DNA from: a virus
Length of the DNA: 64,000 bases
IMG/VR virus record: IMGVR_UViG_3300045988_155525
Direction: 5' to 3' (one strand)
Shown here: positions 28,741-38,350 of the stretch, one piece after another
How the letters are laid out: each line of letters starts with the position of its first letter
Position numbering within the stretch: position 1 is the first letter of the stretch
Notes under the pieces: generated by a model
Told to the model about the DNA's origin: nothing
Seen by the model: only the letters and a program-made list of their open reading frames with translations
Databases searched by the model: none
Program-made: the position numbers and the translations under genes

Positions 28741-29644
28741 TAAGTTATTATTATTGATAGATGGTTCTAATCTAGCATATAGGGCTTTTCAAAAATTTGA
28801 ATTGTTGAAGGCTAGGGATGGTAGAAAAACCGGGTTAATATATGGATTTATGAGATTACTTAATTCATATATTACTAGGTTCAGACCTACTTATGTTATA
28901 GTGACTTTTGATACCAAGAAAAGTAAATCATCAAATTTTAGAAACGGTTTACTTGGAGGTTATAAAATACACCGAAAAAATAACCTGTCTATGGATTATG
29001 AAGAATTCAATAGACAGGTTAGGTCGGTTAAAAAAATGTTAAAATACCTTAATATCCCTGTAGTATGGGATTCAAAGGGGTTAGGTCATGAGTCCGATGA
29101 TTATATAGGTTACTATGCTTTAAAACACAAAGGTAAAGTAATTATAATATCTTCAGATAAAGACTTTTGTCAGTTAATCAGTAAGAATATAAAGATATAT
29201 AACCCTTTCAAGGAAACCATAATTCAGGAAAAGACTTGTATGGATGTAATGGGGTATAACCCCAATGAGTGTGTGGATTACCTATGTTTAATTGGTGATA
29301 AATCTGATGATATACCTGGATATATAGGGATGGGTCCAGTAAAAACTAGGTCATTTTTAAATGAATTTGGTTCCATAGAAAATTTCCTTAGTGATGATAC
29401 TAAAGAATTTAAGGGAATAGATAGAGAAGGACTAAAAGACCTTTATGAAAGGAATAAGACTCTTATAGATATAAGAATAGCTTTAGAAAAATACCCATTG
29501 AAAAATATACCTATAATATATTCAAAGGTAAACAAAATTCAGAGAGGTAAATTAAGAGAAGAATTTAAGAAATACACTTTAAGTTCTTTTATGACAGACA
29601 GCTTTTTAAAACCCTTTTTAAAATTAAGACCATGGAGAAAATAA
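28730..29644 (+). CDS. 5'-3' exonuclease / flap endonuclease (T4 RNase H-like, PIN + H3TH)
   Basis: LLLIDGSNLAYRAF, VTFDTKKS, ISSDKDFCQL, GDKSDDIPG and GMGPVKT. Confidence 0.85.
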   Translation: MSTDKLLLLIDGSNLAYRAFQKFELLKARDGRKTGLIYGFMRLLNSYITRFRPTYVIVTFDTKKSKSSNFRNGLLGGYKIHRKNNLSMDYEEFNRQVRSVKKMLKYLNIPVVWDSKGLGHESDDYIGYYALKHKGKVIIISSDKDFCQLISKNIKIYNPFKETIIQEKTCMDVMGYNPNECVDYLCLIGDKSDDIPGYIGMGPVKTRSFLNEFGSIENFLSDDTKEFKGIDREGLKDLYERNKTLIDIRIALEKYPLKNIPIIYSKVNKIQRGKLREEFKKYTLSSFMTDSFLKPFLKLRPWRK

Positions 29645-30288
29645 AAGTAACCTTAACTGGACCTAGTGGAGTAGGTAAAACCACTTTAGCAAAAGAAATA
29701 TCTAATATGTTTACCATACCTTTTATATCTGGTTCTTATTCTGATTTAGTACCAGAAACTAGAAATGAAAGGCATGAGGATATGATTAATAAAGAACCTA
29801 AAATTATCTTTGAGCAAGATATGCAGGTTCTTTGTAAAAGGAGGAATGCTTTTAATGTTACGGATACATTCGTATCTGATAGGAGTTATATCGATTCTGC
29901 AGCCTACATTATAAATAAATTATCTCATAGATACCCAGAGTGTGAAATAGATAGTTTTTGTAATTTATGTAAAGCATTAACTAAACAAACCACTCATATT
30001 ATATTTATCCCATTTTCCAAAAACTTTATGAACCATTGGGAGATGGAGGATAATAATAAAAGGGTATTGAATAGGTATTATCAATTTGAGGTATCTCAAG
30101 TTATATTTGGGTTACTTGATTTATGGGGATACCGTAATAAATGGTCATATTGTACCAATACTGTATCAGATGCTGGGATAATAACTATAGAAGATAAGGA
30201 AATACCTATATTAATTCTTGATGAATTAGACTTCAATAATAGAGTTTCTATTGTTAGAAGGTTCTTAAAATCTACAGAAAATTTATGA
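29632..30288 (+). CDS. P-loop deoxynucleoside/deoxynucleotide kinase-like protein
   Basis: P-loop LTGPSGVGKTTLA and a dNK-like (E/D)RS motif SDRSYIDSAAY. Confidence 0.5.
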   Translation: MEKIKVTLTGPSGVGKTTLAKEISNMFTIPFISGSYSDLVPETRNERHEDMINKEPKIIFEQDMQVLCKRRNAFNVTDTFVSDRSYIDSAAYIINKLSHRYPECEIDSFCNLCKALTKQTTHIIFIPFSKNFMNHWEMEDNNKRVLNRYYQFEVSQVIFGLLDLWGYRNKWSYCTNTVSDAGIITIEDKEIPILILDELDFNNRVSIVRRFLKSTENL

Positions 30289-31247
30289 AGAAAGTCTTAG
30301 CTATAGCTTTTTCTGACTTACACATAAATGATTTTACCAAATTTAATAAAAATAATGAAAGAACCCTAAATCATTTTAGGGTTCTTTTTTTAATTAAGGG
30401 TTTGTGTAAAAAGTATAAGTGCCCAGCAATATTTTGTGGAGATTTATTTCATAAGCCAGAAATAATTTCAAATGATTTGTTAAATACAACTATAGATAAC
30501 TTTTCCAAACTAGATAGTGATTTCAAGATATATGCAATATCTGGTAACCATGATATGAATAAATCTAATACCTTTGACAATAAATCATCAAGTTGGTTAA
30601 AAACTTTGTCAAAGGTATATAAATTCCTGGAGTGTATTGATTATACTTCTATATCACTAAAAGGGTTTACTATTCATGGGGTACCGTATATAGACCACAA
30701 TATAGGTTTAAATACATACTTAAAAAAATTAAAATTGAGTAATGATAAACCTAATATATTAGTATTACATACAGATTATCCAGGTGCTAAGGATACCGAT
30801 GGTACTGAAGTAAATACAGTAGAGAATCTAAATACCAATATACTTAGTAGATTTGATTTGGTATTAATGGGCCATATACACAAACCTCAAAGGTTATCTA
30901 AAAAAGTGTATATGATTGGGGCTCCATTACAACAACGTAGGACTGATAGGGATTGTAAATTGGGTTATTGGATAATATATGAAGATTTAACCTTAAAATT
31001 TATACCATTTGACAACTTCCCTAGATTTATAGATGTAAGTAGTGAGAATGAAATAGTAGAAGATGGTAATTATTACACAGTGATTCAAAATTATACACCA
31101 TCTAATAATGCCACTGAAGTGAATAAAATCACTAGAAATATATCCAAAAAAAGGGTAGTAAGGAGATACCTAAAAGAAAAGGGTATCAATGATGTTAAAA
31201 AAAGAGATTTGCTTTATAGTATAATAAAAGAAGTAGACAATGATTGA
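30285..31247 (+). CDS. Mre11/SbcD-like nuclease (calcineurin-like phosphoesterase)
   Basis: AFSDLHIND, CGDLFH, ISGNHD and MGHIHKP phosphoesterase motifs. It is paired with a Rad50-like gene. Confidence 0.8.
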   Translation: MKKVLAIAFSDLHINDFTKFNKNNERTLNHFRVLFLIKGLCKKYKCPAIFCGDLFHKPEIISNDLLNTTIDNFSKLDSDFKIYAISGNHDMNKSNTFDNKSSSWLKTLSKVYKFLECIDYTSISLKGFTIHGVPYIDHNIGLNTYLKKLKLSNDKPNILVLHTDYPGAKDTDGTEVNTVENLNTNILSRFDLVLMGHIHKPQRLSKKVYMIGAPLQQRRTDRDCKLGYWIIYEDLTLKFIPFDNFPRFIDVSSENEIVEDGNYYTVIQNYTPSNNATEVNKITRNISKKRVVRRYLKEKGINDVKKRDLLYSIIKEVDND

Positions 31248-32955
31248 ATTCACAAAAATTGATATAGAAGGTTTTTGTAGTATTCCTAATCTAGAATTAT
31301 CACTCAATGAAAAAAGGGTTATAATTTTAAGAGGTCCTAATGGCTTTGGGAAAACCAATGTATTTTCTGCTATAGTATGGGCCATATATGGTAAAAATAT
31401 AAAAGGTATATCAGATGTTAATACCTGGAATAAAATAAGACCTAAGGGTTATAAAGGTACTAAAGTATCTCTTTTTTTTAAAAAAGACCAACATATATAT
31501 CAGATAATAAGATGTCAGAATTATACTGATGTAGTAGAAGGTGCTAAGGGGGGTAATAGGTTAATTTACCTTATAGATGCTGAAGTGGTAAAAGAAAAAG
31601 GTAAGTTACAAATACAATCCCTTATAGAGCGTGATATTGAGATGTCCTATAACCTTTTTATAAATTCTATAATGTTTGGTCAAGGTATGAAAAGGTTAAT
31701 CCAGGAATCAGGTGTTGATAAGAAAAATCTTTTTGAGGAGATTTTTGATTTAAAATACCTTACAGAAGCTAGGAAGTTTTCTCAGGAAAGATATAATGAA
31801 TATGATTCAGAAGTATTTAAAATAAGTCAGGAATTAAATTCAGTAAAGGCTAATTTGGATATAATAAAAACTACTGTAGAAGAGGTAAAATTAGAGAAAA
31901 CCTCTTTCAAAGAAAAACTTATATCTGAAATTAAGTCTTTAGAAGATGATAAAAACCTAGCTACTAAGGAAGTAAATAAATTAGCCCTTATAGCTAATCA
32001 AAATTCCTATGATTCATATAATGATACCATTAAAGATATTAAATCAAAGATTTCTTTGATTAAAACTAAGTTAACTAACTCCAAAAATAATATAAATAAT
32101 ATCACTATTGAGGAATTAGTAAATAATTTGGTGATATTATTACAAGAGGGTAAATACAAGGAATCTTTGAATACCCTCTTGTCCATAAAAGATGATATAG
32201 TTAATATAGATAAGTATACAAATAATATATCTAAATATACAGAAAGGTTAAACAAGGTAATTCAAGAAAGGGATAAAATTAAGAGTATATTAAATAAGGT
32301 AGAACAACTTAAACATAGGATAAGTTCTCTGGATAGGCAGATTAAATCCTTGGAAAAACAAAGTCCTGATTTTGAACATATACTAAAATCCAACAAACAC
32401 AAAATAAAAACATATACAGAAAAACTAAATAGGTTATCCAAAGAGTTAAATATCAATACCGAAAAAAGGGATTTATATAAATGGGCATACCAAGACCCAT
32501 TTGGTAACAATGGGATAAAGAACTACTTATTTGAATCATCACTAACTTACCTAAATGATACTCTAAAATCCTATTCTGAAACCTTAGGTTTTCATATTCA
32601 ATTTAGAGTAGACTTAGATTCTACCAAAAAGGATTTTGTTACCCTTATAAATATGGGTGGTATAGATGTTTTTTATGAAGAGTTATCAGGGGGTCAAAAA
32701 CAATTGGTAAACTTAGCCATGGCTTTTGCTATGAATGAGGTAATGACTGAATCTAAAGGAGTAAATATAGCTTTTTTGGATGAGATATTTGAATCTTTGA
32801 GTTCAGATAATATTGAGGTAGTAATAAATCTGATTAAAAAGATATATAATAATAGGACATTATTCTTAATAACCCACCAGGAGTCATTACCTATATCAAA
32901 TGCTAAAACTCTTTTGGTACGAAAAAATAATGGGCTATCCTCCTATACTTTTTGA
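31240..32955 (+). CDS. Rad50/SbcC-like ATPase
   Basis: Walker A LRGPNGFGKTN, a long central coiled coil, signature LSGGQKQ and Walker B AFLDEIF. Confidence 0.8.
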   Translation: MIEFTKIDIEGFCSIPNLELSLNEKRVIILRGPNGFGKTNVFSAIVWAIYGKNIKGISDVNTWNKIRPKGYKGTKVSLFFKKDQHIYQIIRCQNYTDVVEGAKGGNRLIYLIDAEVVKEKGKLQIQSLIERDIEMSYNLFINSIMFGQGMKRLIQESGVDKKNLFEEIFDLKYLTEARKFSQERYNEYDSEVFKISQELNSVKANLDIIKTTVEEVKLEKTSFKEKLISEIKSLEDDKNLATKEVNKLALIANQNSYDSYNDTIKDIKSKISLIKTKLTNSKNNINNITIEELVNNLVILLQEGKYKESLNTLLSIKDDIVNIDKYTNNISKYTERLNKVIQERDKIKSILNKVEQLKHRISSLDRQIKSLEKQSPDFEHILKSNKHKIKTYTEKLNRLSKELNINTEKRDLYKWAYQDPFGNNGIKNYLFESSLTYLNDTLKSYSETLGFHIQFRVDLDSTKKDFVTLINMGGIDVFYEELSGGQKQLVNLAMAFAMNEVMTESKGVNIAFLDEIFESLSSDNIEVVINLIKKIYNNRTLFLITHQESLPISNAKTLLVRKNNGLSSYTF

Positions 32956-32987
32956 TAACTATACTATATTGTATAAATTATTTAACC

Positions 32988-33524
32988 ATGGCTAAGAACA
33001 GTAAAAATAAAGGTAGTAGATTTGAGAGAGTTGTTGCTAAGTTTTGGCAGGATTGGACTGGTTATACTTTTTCTAGGACTCCTGGTTCTGGTGGTTGGGC
33101 TAAAGCCAAGGATTCTTTTGGTGATTTAGTATGTACGGATTCACGACACTCAAGAAGGTTTCCTTTTAGTATAGAATGTAAATCATACCAAGATATTAGA
33201 TTTGAACACTTACTGTTAGGTAACAAATCATGTAAGATATTATCATTCTGGGAACAGGCTACCTATGATGCCAAAAGGGCTAATAAAATACCAATCCTGA
33301 TTATGAAATATAATAATATGCCCAAAGAAGAAGCCTTTTTCCTCATAGAAAGTAATATTTCAAATATCATATTTGAAACACAAGAACAACTTTTAAAAAA
33401 ACCTAATATGGTTTTAAATATCAATAAGGATATACATTTATCAGTATATATGCTCTCGGATATAAAAAATCTATCCTATCAAGGTATATATAAATTAGCC
33501 AAGAAAGTATTAAAAAACCAATAA
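32988..33524 (+). CDS. PD-(D/E)xK nuclease, Holliday junction resolvase-like, putative
   Basis: KGSRFERVVAKFW...FGDLVC...SIECKSY fits the Hjc-type G..fE / D / ExK arrangement. ATG 32988 is preferred over the TTG at 32952. Confidence 0.45.
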   Translation: MAKNSKNKGSRFERVVAKFWQDWTGYTFSRTPGSGGWAKAKDSFGDLVCTDSRHSRRFPFSIECKSYQDIRFEHLLLGNKSCKILSFWEQATYDAKRANKIPILIMKYNNMPKEEAFFLIESNISNIIFETQEQLLKKPNMVLNINKDIHLSVYMLSDIKNLSYQGIYKLAKKVLKNQ

Positions 33525-33539
33525 TACATCATACAGATT

Positions 33540-34223
33540 ATGAAAGATACCTCCTATGTATATTGTATATGTAGAATAGATAGAAAAAATTGGAAATATA
33601 TAAACCAAGATTTGTTGAGTAGGGGGTATAATGATATTAAGGCTTATATACCCACTGTAAAAATTCTAAAAAAGGTAAAAGGTAACACTAATGTATTTGA
33701 AGAAATACCATTATTATTTAATTATGGTTTTATAAAGATGAGAACTGATAAGGCTTTTGATAGGCAATTTCTATTGAAGTTAAAAAAAGAAATACCTGGG
33801 ATAATGAATTGGCTTAAATCATTAGAAACCATATTTCCTAAAAAGAAAAAAGCCAGGATAGATAACTATGAAGATTTTGATGATTTTTCTATAGTTGCTA
33901 CAGTATCCAAGAAAGAATATTTATACTACAAAAAGTTATCAAAAAGAAATACCATATATTCTTCTAATGATATTGTAAACTTAACTGTAGGTTCTTATGT
34001 TATATTAAGGGGGTACCCTTTTGAGGGTATACCAGCTAAGGTTTTGGAAGTAAACCTTTTATCAAAAAAAGTAAATGTTGCTCTATACCCAGATAGAGGT
34101 TCATTAGAAATACAAATATCCTTTGACAATATTCTATATTCTATATATAATGATTATGATGAAGATAATCTACTATGTTCAGATACTGAAGTGGATTTTT
34201 CAAAAATATCAGATAATACTTAG
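33540..34223 (+). CDS. NusG/UpxY-like transcription antitermination factor, putative
   Basis: The NGN-like N-terminus reads YVYCICRIDRKNWKYINQDLLSRGYNDIKAYIPT...IPLLFNYGFIKM. A KOW-like segment reads VGSYVILRGYPFEGIPAKVLEVN. Confidence 0.5.
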   Translation: MKDTSYVYCICRIDRKNWKYINQDLLSRGYNDIKAYIPTVKILKKVKGNTNVFEEIPLLFNYGFIKMRTDKAFDRQFLLKLKKEIPGIMNWLKSLETIFPKKKKARIDNYEDFDDFSIVATVSKKEYLYYKKLSKRNTIYSSNDIVNLTVGSYVILRGYPFEGIPAKVLEVNLLSKKVNVALYPDRGSLEIQISFDNILYSIYNDYDEDNLLCSDTEVDFSKISDNT

Positions 34224-34231
34224 AAAAGAGT

Positions 34232-35182
34232 ATGGAAAGGTATCAAGAAATAGCTTGGGATTGTTTAACTGAACAGGAACAGGAATGTCTGTTTTTAAGT
34301 ATTTCAAATGGTTTATCTGGATGGAAGACTGGAGAAATATTAGGTATTACTCATTATAAACTTTTAGAACTTAAAGCTAGGTCCGAGAAATTTTTTAAAC
34401 TTTTCTCGGATTATTTTCAGTTATACCCAACCTTAATAAGACCAAAGGCCCCCTTAGATAGTAGGTTTAGAGATTACATTTATGGTTCAATTGTAAAAAG
34501 GTTACCTAAAGAAGAGGCTATTGTATATGCAGGGGATTCCTCTTGGTTATTAGTTCCTATAAGGAACCCTCGGATTATAAAAAATATGGAACGATTAAGA
34601 GAATCTGAGGATAAGTGGGATAAAGATTTATATGCTTTAATTATGGAGTTTGATAGGTGGAATAATTGGCGTATATTACCTCGTATATTACAAGCTCCTT
34701 CAGCCTATAAAAGAAGAACCACAAAAAAAGATAAGGTTTATCTCAGATATTTACATAGGATACCTGATTTTAAGATACGGGCAATGGTTGATATGTATTG
34801 GAGAGCAGGTAAACCAGGTTATAGGTATTTTGTAGCATTTATAAGTACTACTTTTCCAGAGGGGTATGTAGTAGTACCCATAAAAAAAGACAAGGCTACA
34901 GTTGATGCTATAACCAAGATGAAGATATACATTTTTGAGAATCAGATTGATGCAGATGAGTGGGGTCTAATGGTAAAAAACTTCTTTGTAAATACCTGTA
35001 ATCCTAGAGCAGGATTAAATTTTTGGAAAAGGTATAGAGAATTAACTGAAACTGCTATAAACTACAAATATATCAGTAATATGGATTTTACCTGTAATAA
35101 CTTAGATATGGCTTACAATTTAAAGAAAAAATCCATATATCAGATAACTCAAGAAAGAAAACAAAAGAATACTAATAAATGA
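34232..35182 (+). CDS. Hypothetical protein with N-terminal sigma region-4/LuxR-like HTH
   Basis: LTEQEQECLFLSISNGLSGWKTGEILGITHYKLLELKARSEKFFK resembles a region-4-type HTH. The remaining ~250 aa are unassigned. Confidence 0.35.
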   Translation: MERYQEIAWDCLTEQEQECLFLSISNGLSGWKTGEILGITHYKLLELKARSEKFFKLFSDYFQLYPTLIRPKAPLDSRFRDYIYGSIVKRLPKEEAIVYAGDSSWLLVPIRNPRIIKNMERLRESEDKWDKDLYALIMEFDRWNNWRILPRILQAPSAYKRRTTKKDKVYLRYLHRIPDFKIRAMVDMYWRAGKPGYRYFVAFISTTFPEGYVVVPIKKDKATVDAITKMKIYIFENQIDADEWGLMVKNFFVNTCNPRAGLNFWKRYRELTETAINYKYISNMDFTCNNLDMAYNLKKKSIYQITQERKQKNTNK

Positions 35183-35221
35183 ACCTCTGGAATTTAAAAG
35201 AAAATTTCTAGAAACTTTCAA

Positions 35222-35250
35222 GAATTATTAATATATTTGCAATGTAAACA
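35222..35250 (+). promoter_or_regulatory. Conserved phage promoter copy, variant B
   Basis: GAATTATTAATATATTTGCAATGTAAACA with the -7 box TATATTTG at 35232-35239. A (TA)n tract follows before the ATG at 35287. Confidence 0.6.
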
Positions 35251-35286
35251 AAAAGGAATTTAATATTAATTATATATATATATATT

Positions 35287-35925
35287 ATGGCAAAGAAGAA
35301 AATAAACCGAGACCACCATATAAAAGGAGGCAAAGAAAAAAACCAGATTCTATCTGGTGGTTTGGAAAATATGACTTACAGGGATTGTAAAAGGAGAGCA
35401 GTAGCCCTTGGTATGCCTTTCCCAGATGCTTGTTCAGCAGATTTTAATAAGTTACATTCATGGATAGTTAATAGTGATGGTAAACCAGATACATCCCTCA
35501 TAGATAAATATGATGACTGGATGGATAAGATTTTAGAAGAAAGGGGGTATGAAAAAGATGACCCAATGAGGTCTTATCAGTTAAGGTTAGGATATATAGG
35601 GGAAGATAACGTAACTAAACAACGAAAACCAAAAAGAGTAAAGGGTTTACCAAAGGTTAAGGAGAAAAAACCTAAAAAAGAGAAAGATAGTAATGGTTTA
35701 TGGAAAGGAACAAAAAAATCCTACACTTTTGAATTAACAGATAAAGGGTATTCATTAGAACGTATTACTAGAAGAGTTATTAAAAAATTTCCAGATGCTA
35801 ATCCCAAATCTATTCAACAGTGGTATAGGATATCCTTAAGGAATAAAGGTATAGATTATAAAACTTTAGAAAAAGATGGGCATAAAGAAAACAAGAACAA
35901 GAGCACAGATAATAAAGGAATATAA
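35287..35925 (+). CDS. Hypothetical basic protein
   Basis: 212-aa ORF, the first gene after a promoter copy. Lys-rich. Confidence 0.65.
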   Translation: MAKKKINRDHHIKGGKEKNQILSGGLENMTYRDCKRRAVALGMPFPDACSADFNKLHSWIVNSDGKPDTSLIDKYDDWMDKILEERGYEKDDPMRSYQLRLGYIGEDNVTKQRKPKRVKGLPKVKEKKPKKEKDSNGLWKGTKKSYTFELTDKGYSLERITRRVIKKFPDANPKSIQQWYRISLRNKGIDYKTLEKDGHKENKNKSTDNKGI

Positions 35926-36547
35926 GGCTGCAGTTAAAAAGAATCCCAAATATGGGGGTCATATAGTTATTGACCTTTTACCAGAACATTTAAGGGATTA
36001 TGCCAAAGAAGTATTAAAAAAACGTAAAGAACAATATAGAAAGACTAGGGTAATAGGAAAACTTGATAAAAAGGTATATCTATATAAATATTATCCCTGG
36101 TGTTATAGAGATTATAAACCTACACTGGTCTTACAAGGTTGGTATAGTGTAAAAGCAGCAAAAGAGAAATACCTCCAATTCTATGGACCTCATGCTCTCA
36201 AATATGTCAAATTTATAAGAGGTAAGGATGCTGTAGAAAAAGAATTTAGTATAGGTAAAACATTATATATAAATGGCATGTGGGTTCATGTTAGAAATAG
36301 GGTATTTGCTCCCAAAGCCATAATATATAACCGTAATAAAGAAAGTTATAAAGCTGAACTTAAAAAAGAAATACTAAAATCCAAAGCCAGAACTTCTCCT
36401 CAGAAAGATGAAAAAATGGTAAAGGAATTACAATATAAGCACTATGAATACCAATATGTACCAACTCTTAAACCAAAAGAGAGACTTAGGGTACAGAACG
36501 TACAACAGATTAAAGCCGAACGAAAAAAAGATTTATATGAAGAGTGA
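35876..36547 (+). CDS. Hypothetical basic protein
   Basis: 223-aa ORF that overlaps the upstream gene by 50 nt in another frame. Confidence 0.6.
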   Translation: MGIKKTRTRAQIIKEYKAAVKKNPKYGGHIVIDLLPEHLRDYAKEVLKKRKEQYRKTRVIGKLDKKVYLYKYYPWCYRDYKPTLVLQGWYSVKAAKEKYLQFYGPHALKYVKFIRGKDAVEKEFSIGKTLYINGMWVHVRNRVFAPKAIIYNRNKESYKAELKKEILKSKARTSPQKDEKMVKELQYKHYEYQYVPTLKPKERLRVQNVQQIKAERKKDLYEE

Positions 36548-36968
36548 CCTATATCCTAATGTAAAAGGATTAGCTTTAAAATATAAATCCATAACTAAGA
36601 AACCTATAGAAAAATGTCTTAGGTGGGCAAAAAGAAATTATAAAAAATATATACATTATCTAAATTATGAAGACCATTATAGAAAGTATGAAACCGAGGA
36701 TAAATATATTTTTAAGGAACTCATTTTCCAAGGTTTTGTATTAGAAGAAGATTTTAAAAGATTACCAGGATTTCACTATATTGTAATCAATAGAAGGATT
36801 TTAGGTAAGAAACTAATATACCCATTACATTGTGCCTATGATTCAAAAAAGTTAAATAAGGGTTACCCTTGGATATATGAGATATTAGGTTATGTTGGAT
36901 TGCCTGGGTATACAATGGTAGATATAAAGAATACCATATTACCTGGACCTAGAAATAAAAAACGATGA
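36537..36968 (+). CDS. Hypothetical protein
   Basis: The track ORF starts at 36444, but the internal ATG at 36537 gives an 11-nt overlap with the upstream stop and is more plausible. Confidence 0.55.
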   Translation: MKSDLYPNVKGLALKYKSITKKPIEKCLRWAKRNYKKYIHYLNYEDHYRKYETEDKYIFKELIFQGFVLEEDFKRLPGFHYIVINRRILGKKLIYPLHCAYDSKKLNKGYPWIYEILGYVGLPGYTMVDIKNTILPGPRNKKR

Positions 36969-37225
36969 TTAGTGATAATATCTTTAGGAGAGAAGAAAAT
37001 CTTTCTTGGAAGGACAAAAATAAAGAATTCGCAATACAATCTCAAACTATAAATAGGTATAGTGGAGAAATTATAGAAACTACTACTCAAAATATAGGTA
37101 TTGAGGATGTTTTTGAATTTCAAAAAATCTCCTCAGAGATTTATAAAAGTAATGAAAAAAGTAGAAGACTATCAGAAGAACTTGAATTACCATTTTTTAC
37201 GGAAAAGAAATTGATTAGTCTATAA
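36965..37225 (+). CDS. Hypothetical protein
   Basis: 86-aa ORF with an ATGA start/stop overlap with the upstream gene. Confidence 0.55.
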   Translation: MISDNIFRREENLSWKDKNKEFAIQSQTINRYSGEIIETTTQNIGIEDVFEFQKISSEIYKSNEKSRRLSEELELPFFTEKKLISL

Positions 37226-37276
37226 TCAACCAAAACAAATTTTAATTTTTTCACAACCTTTAAAAAACACAAAATT

Positions 37277-37747
37277 ATGGCAACTAAGAAAGCAAACAAG
37301 AAAGTTGAGAAAAAGGAAGTATCTCGTAAAACTCTTAGCAATGGGTTTACTGTAATAACCTATGATGATGGTTCTATGGAATTCCTTTTCCCCTCGGTTA
37401 TCCTCAATGCAGAAGAAGTGAATGAACTTTTTGGTAAGGAAGAAGAGGAGGAAGAAGAAGAGGAAGAAGAGGAAGAAGAAGAGGAAGAAGAGGAAGAAGA
37501 AGAGGAAGAAGAGGAAGAAGAGGAAGAAGAAGAGGAAGAAGAAGAAGAGCTCACAGGGGAAGCCCTTGCTGAAATGGATTTCGAAGAATTGGAGGATGTA
37601 TGCGATGACAAAGATTTGGATACAGACCCCGATGATTATGAAGAGGAGGATATTGAAAAATTCCGTAAATCCATAGCTAAAGAATTGGGCATTACTTTGC
37701 CTAAAGCCAAAGAAACTAAGAAAGCTGGTAAAGGTAAGAAAAAGTAA
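37277..37747 (+). CDS. Basic-N / poly-Glu protein (paralog 1)
   Basis: MATKKANKK N-terminus, 37 consecutive Glu codons, an acidic middle and a basic C-tail. It shares its 5' region with the gene at 37925. Confidence 0.65.
   Translation: MATKKANKKVEKKEVSRKTLSNGFTVITYDDGSMEFLFPSVILNAEEVNELFGKEEEEEEEEEEEEEEEEEEEEEEEEEEEEEEEEEEEEELTGEALAEMDFEELEDVCDDKDLDTDPDDYEEEDIEKFRKSIAKELGITLPKAKETKKAGKGKKK
37439..37549 (+). repeat. (GAA/GAG)37 trinucleotide tract encoding poly-Glu
   Basis: An uninterrupted run of GAA/GAG codons in frame with ORF 37277-37747. Confidence 0.95.
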
Positions 37748-37768
37748 AAAATAACTATTAAGAAAAGT

Positions 37769-37882
37769 AAGGAAAGGGAAGTGAAGAGTAAATCATCATA
37801 TTATATCCTCAATATTAATACGGAGGAAGTCTTTATCCATTGCCTTTGAGAAGGTATTACTTAGTAACTCCCTTTCCTTTTC
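37769..37882 (+). other. Long compound hairpin between the two MATKKANKK paralogs (complex terminator or structured RNA)
   Basis: The outer stem AAGGAAAGGGA (37769-37779) pairs with TCCCTTTCCTT (37869-37879). The inner stem AGTAA (37787-37791) pairs with TTACT (37857-37861). Further small hairpins lie inside, and the element ends in TTTTC. Confidence 0.4.
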
Positions 37883-37924
37883 AAACTAGAAAGAATATAA
37901 ACTTTCCAATAAAAACACAAAATT

Positions 37925-38350
37925 ATGGCAACTAAGAAAGCAAACAAGAAAGAAGAAACCAAGGCTAAAGACAACAAGAAAGCCAAGAAACAACTTACTC
38001 CTGAGGAACGTAAGGCTAAGGCAGAAGCTCGTAAAGAAAGACTCCGTAACCTTCCCGAAGGTCAGAGGACTAATTCCAAACAAGTAGATGTAATTGAATT
38101 AGACAATGGTAAGGTAGTTACCTATGCTAATGTAGTAAGGAAGTTTGGGGTAGTTCTCCAAAACATTGCCCTGGATAAGAATGGTAATGTAGTATCTACT
38201 TCTATCACTACTCTCCCTGGTTTTAGGGTTAAAGTAAAGAAAGGTCATGGAATTCTGGTTCCTGGAACCCCTGGAGTAGGTAAAAAAGGTAGGGGTAACG
38301 ATGATGATATTCCTGAATCTGTAGAAGAAGAGGAGGAAGAGGAAGATTAA
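37925..38350 (+). CDS. Basic-N / acidic-C protein (paralog 2)
   Basis: Identical first 9 residues MATKKANKK and identical ~18 nt of upstream leader as the gene at 37277. It ends in EEEEEEED. Confidence 0.65.
   Translation: MATKKANKKEETKAKDNKKAKKQLTPEERKAKAEARKERLRNLPEGQRTNSKQVDVIELDNGKVVTYANVVRKFGVVLQNIALDKNGNVVSTSITTLPGFRVKVKKGHGILVPGTPGVGKKGRGNDDDIPESVEEEEEEED

Noticed and set aside
31170-34835. ORFs 31170-31385(-), 32007-32255(-), 32262-32510(-) and 34650-34835(+)
   Set aside because: They overlap the Mre11/Rad50-like genes or lie in an alternative frame of 34232-35182, and have no independent signals.
37360-37676. Poly-Ser ORF (minus strand) and poly-Lys/Arg ORF (+ strand, other frame) across the GAA/GAG tract
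   Set aside because: They are frame artefacts of the trinucleotide repeat. Only the poly-Glu frame is continuous with a gene that has a start, a shared leader and a paralog.
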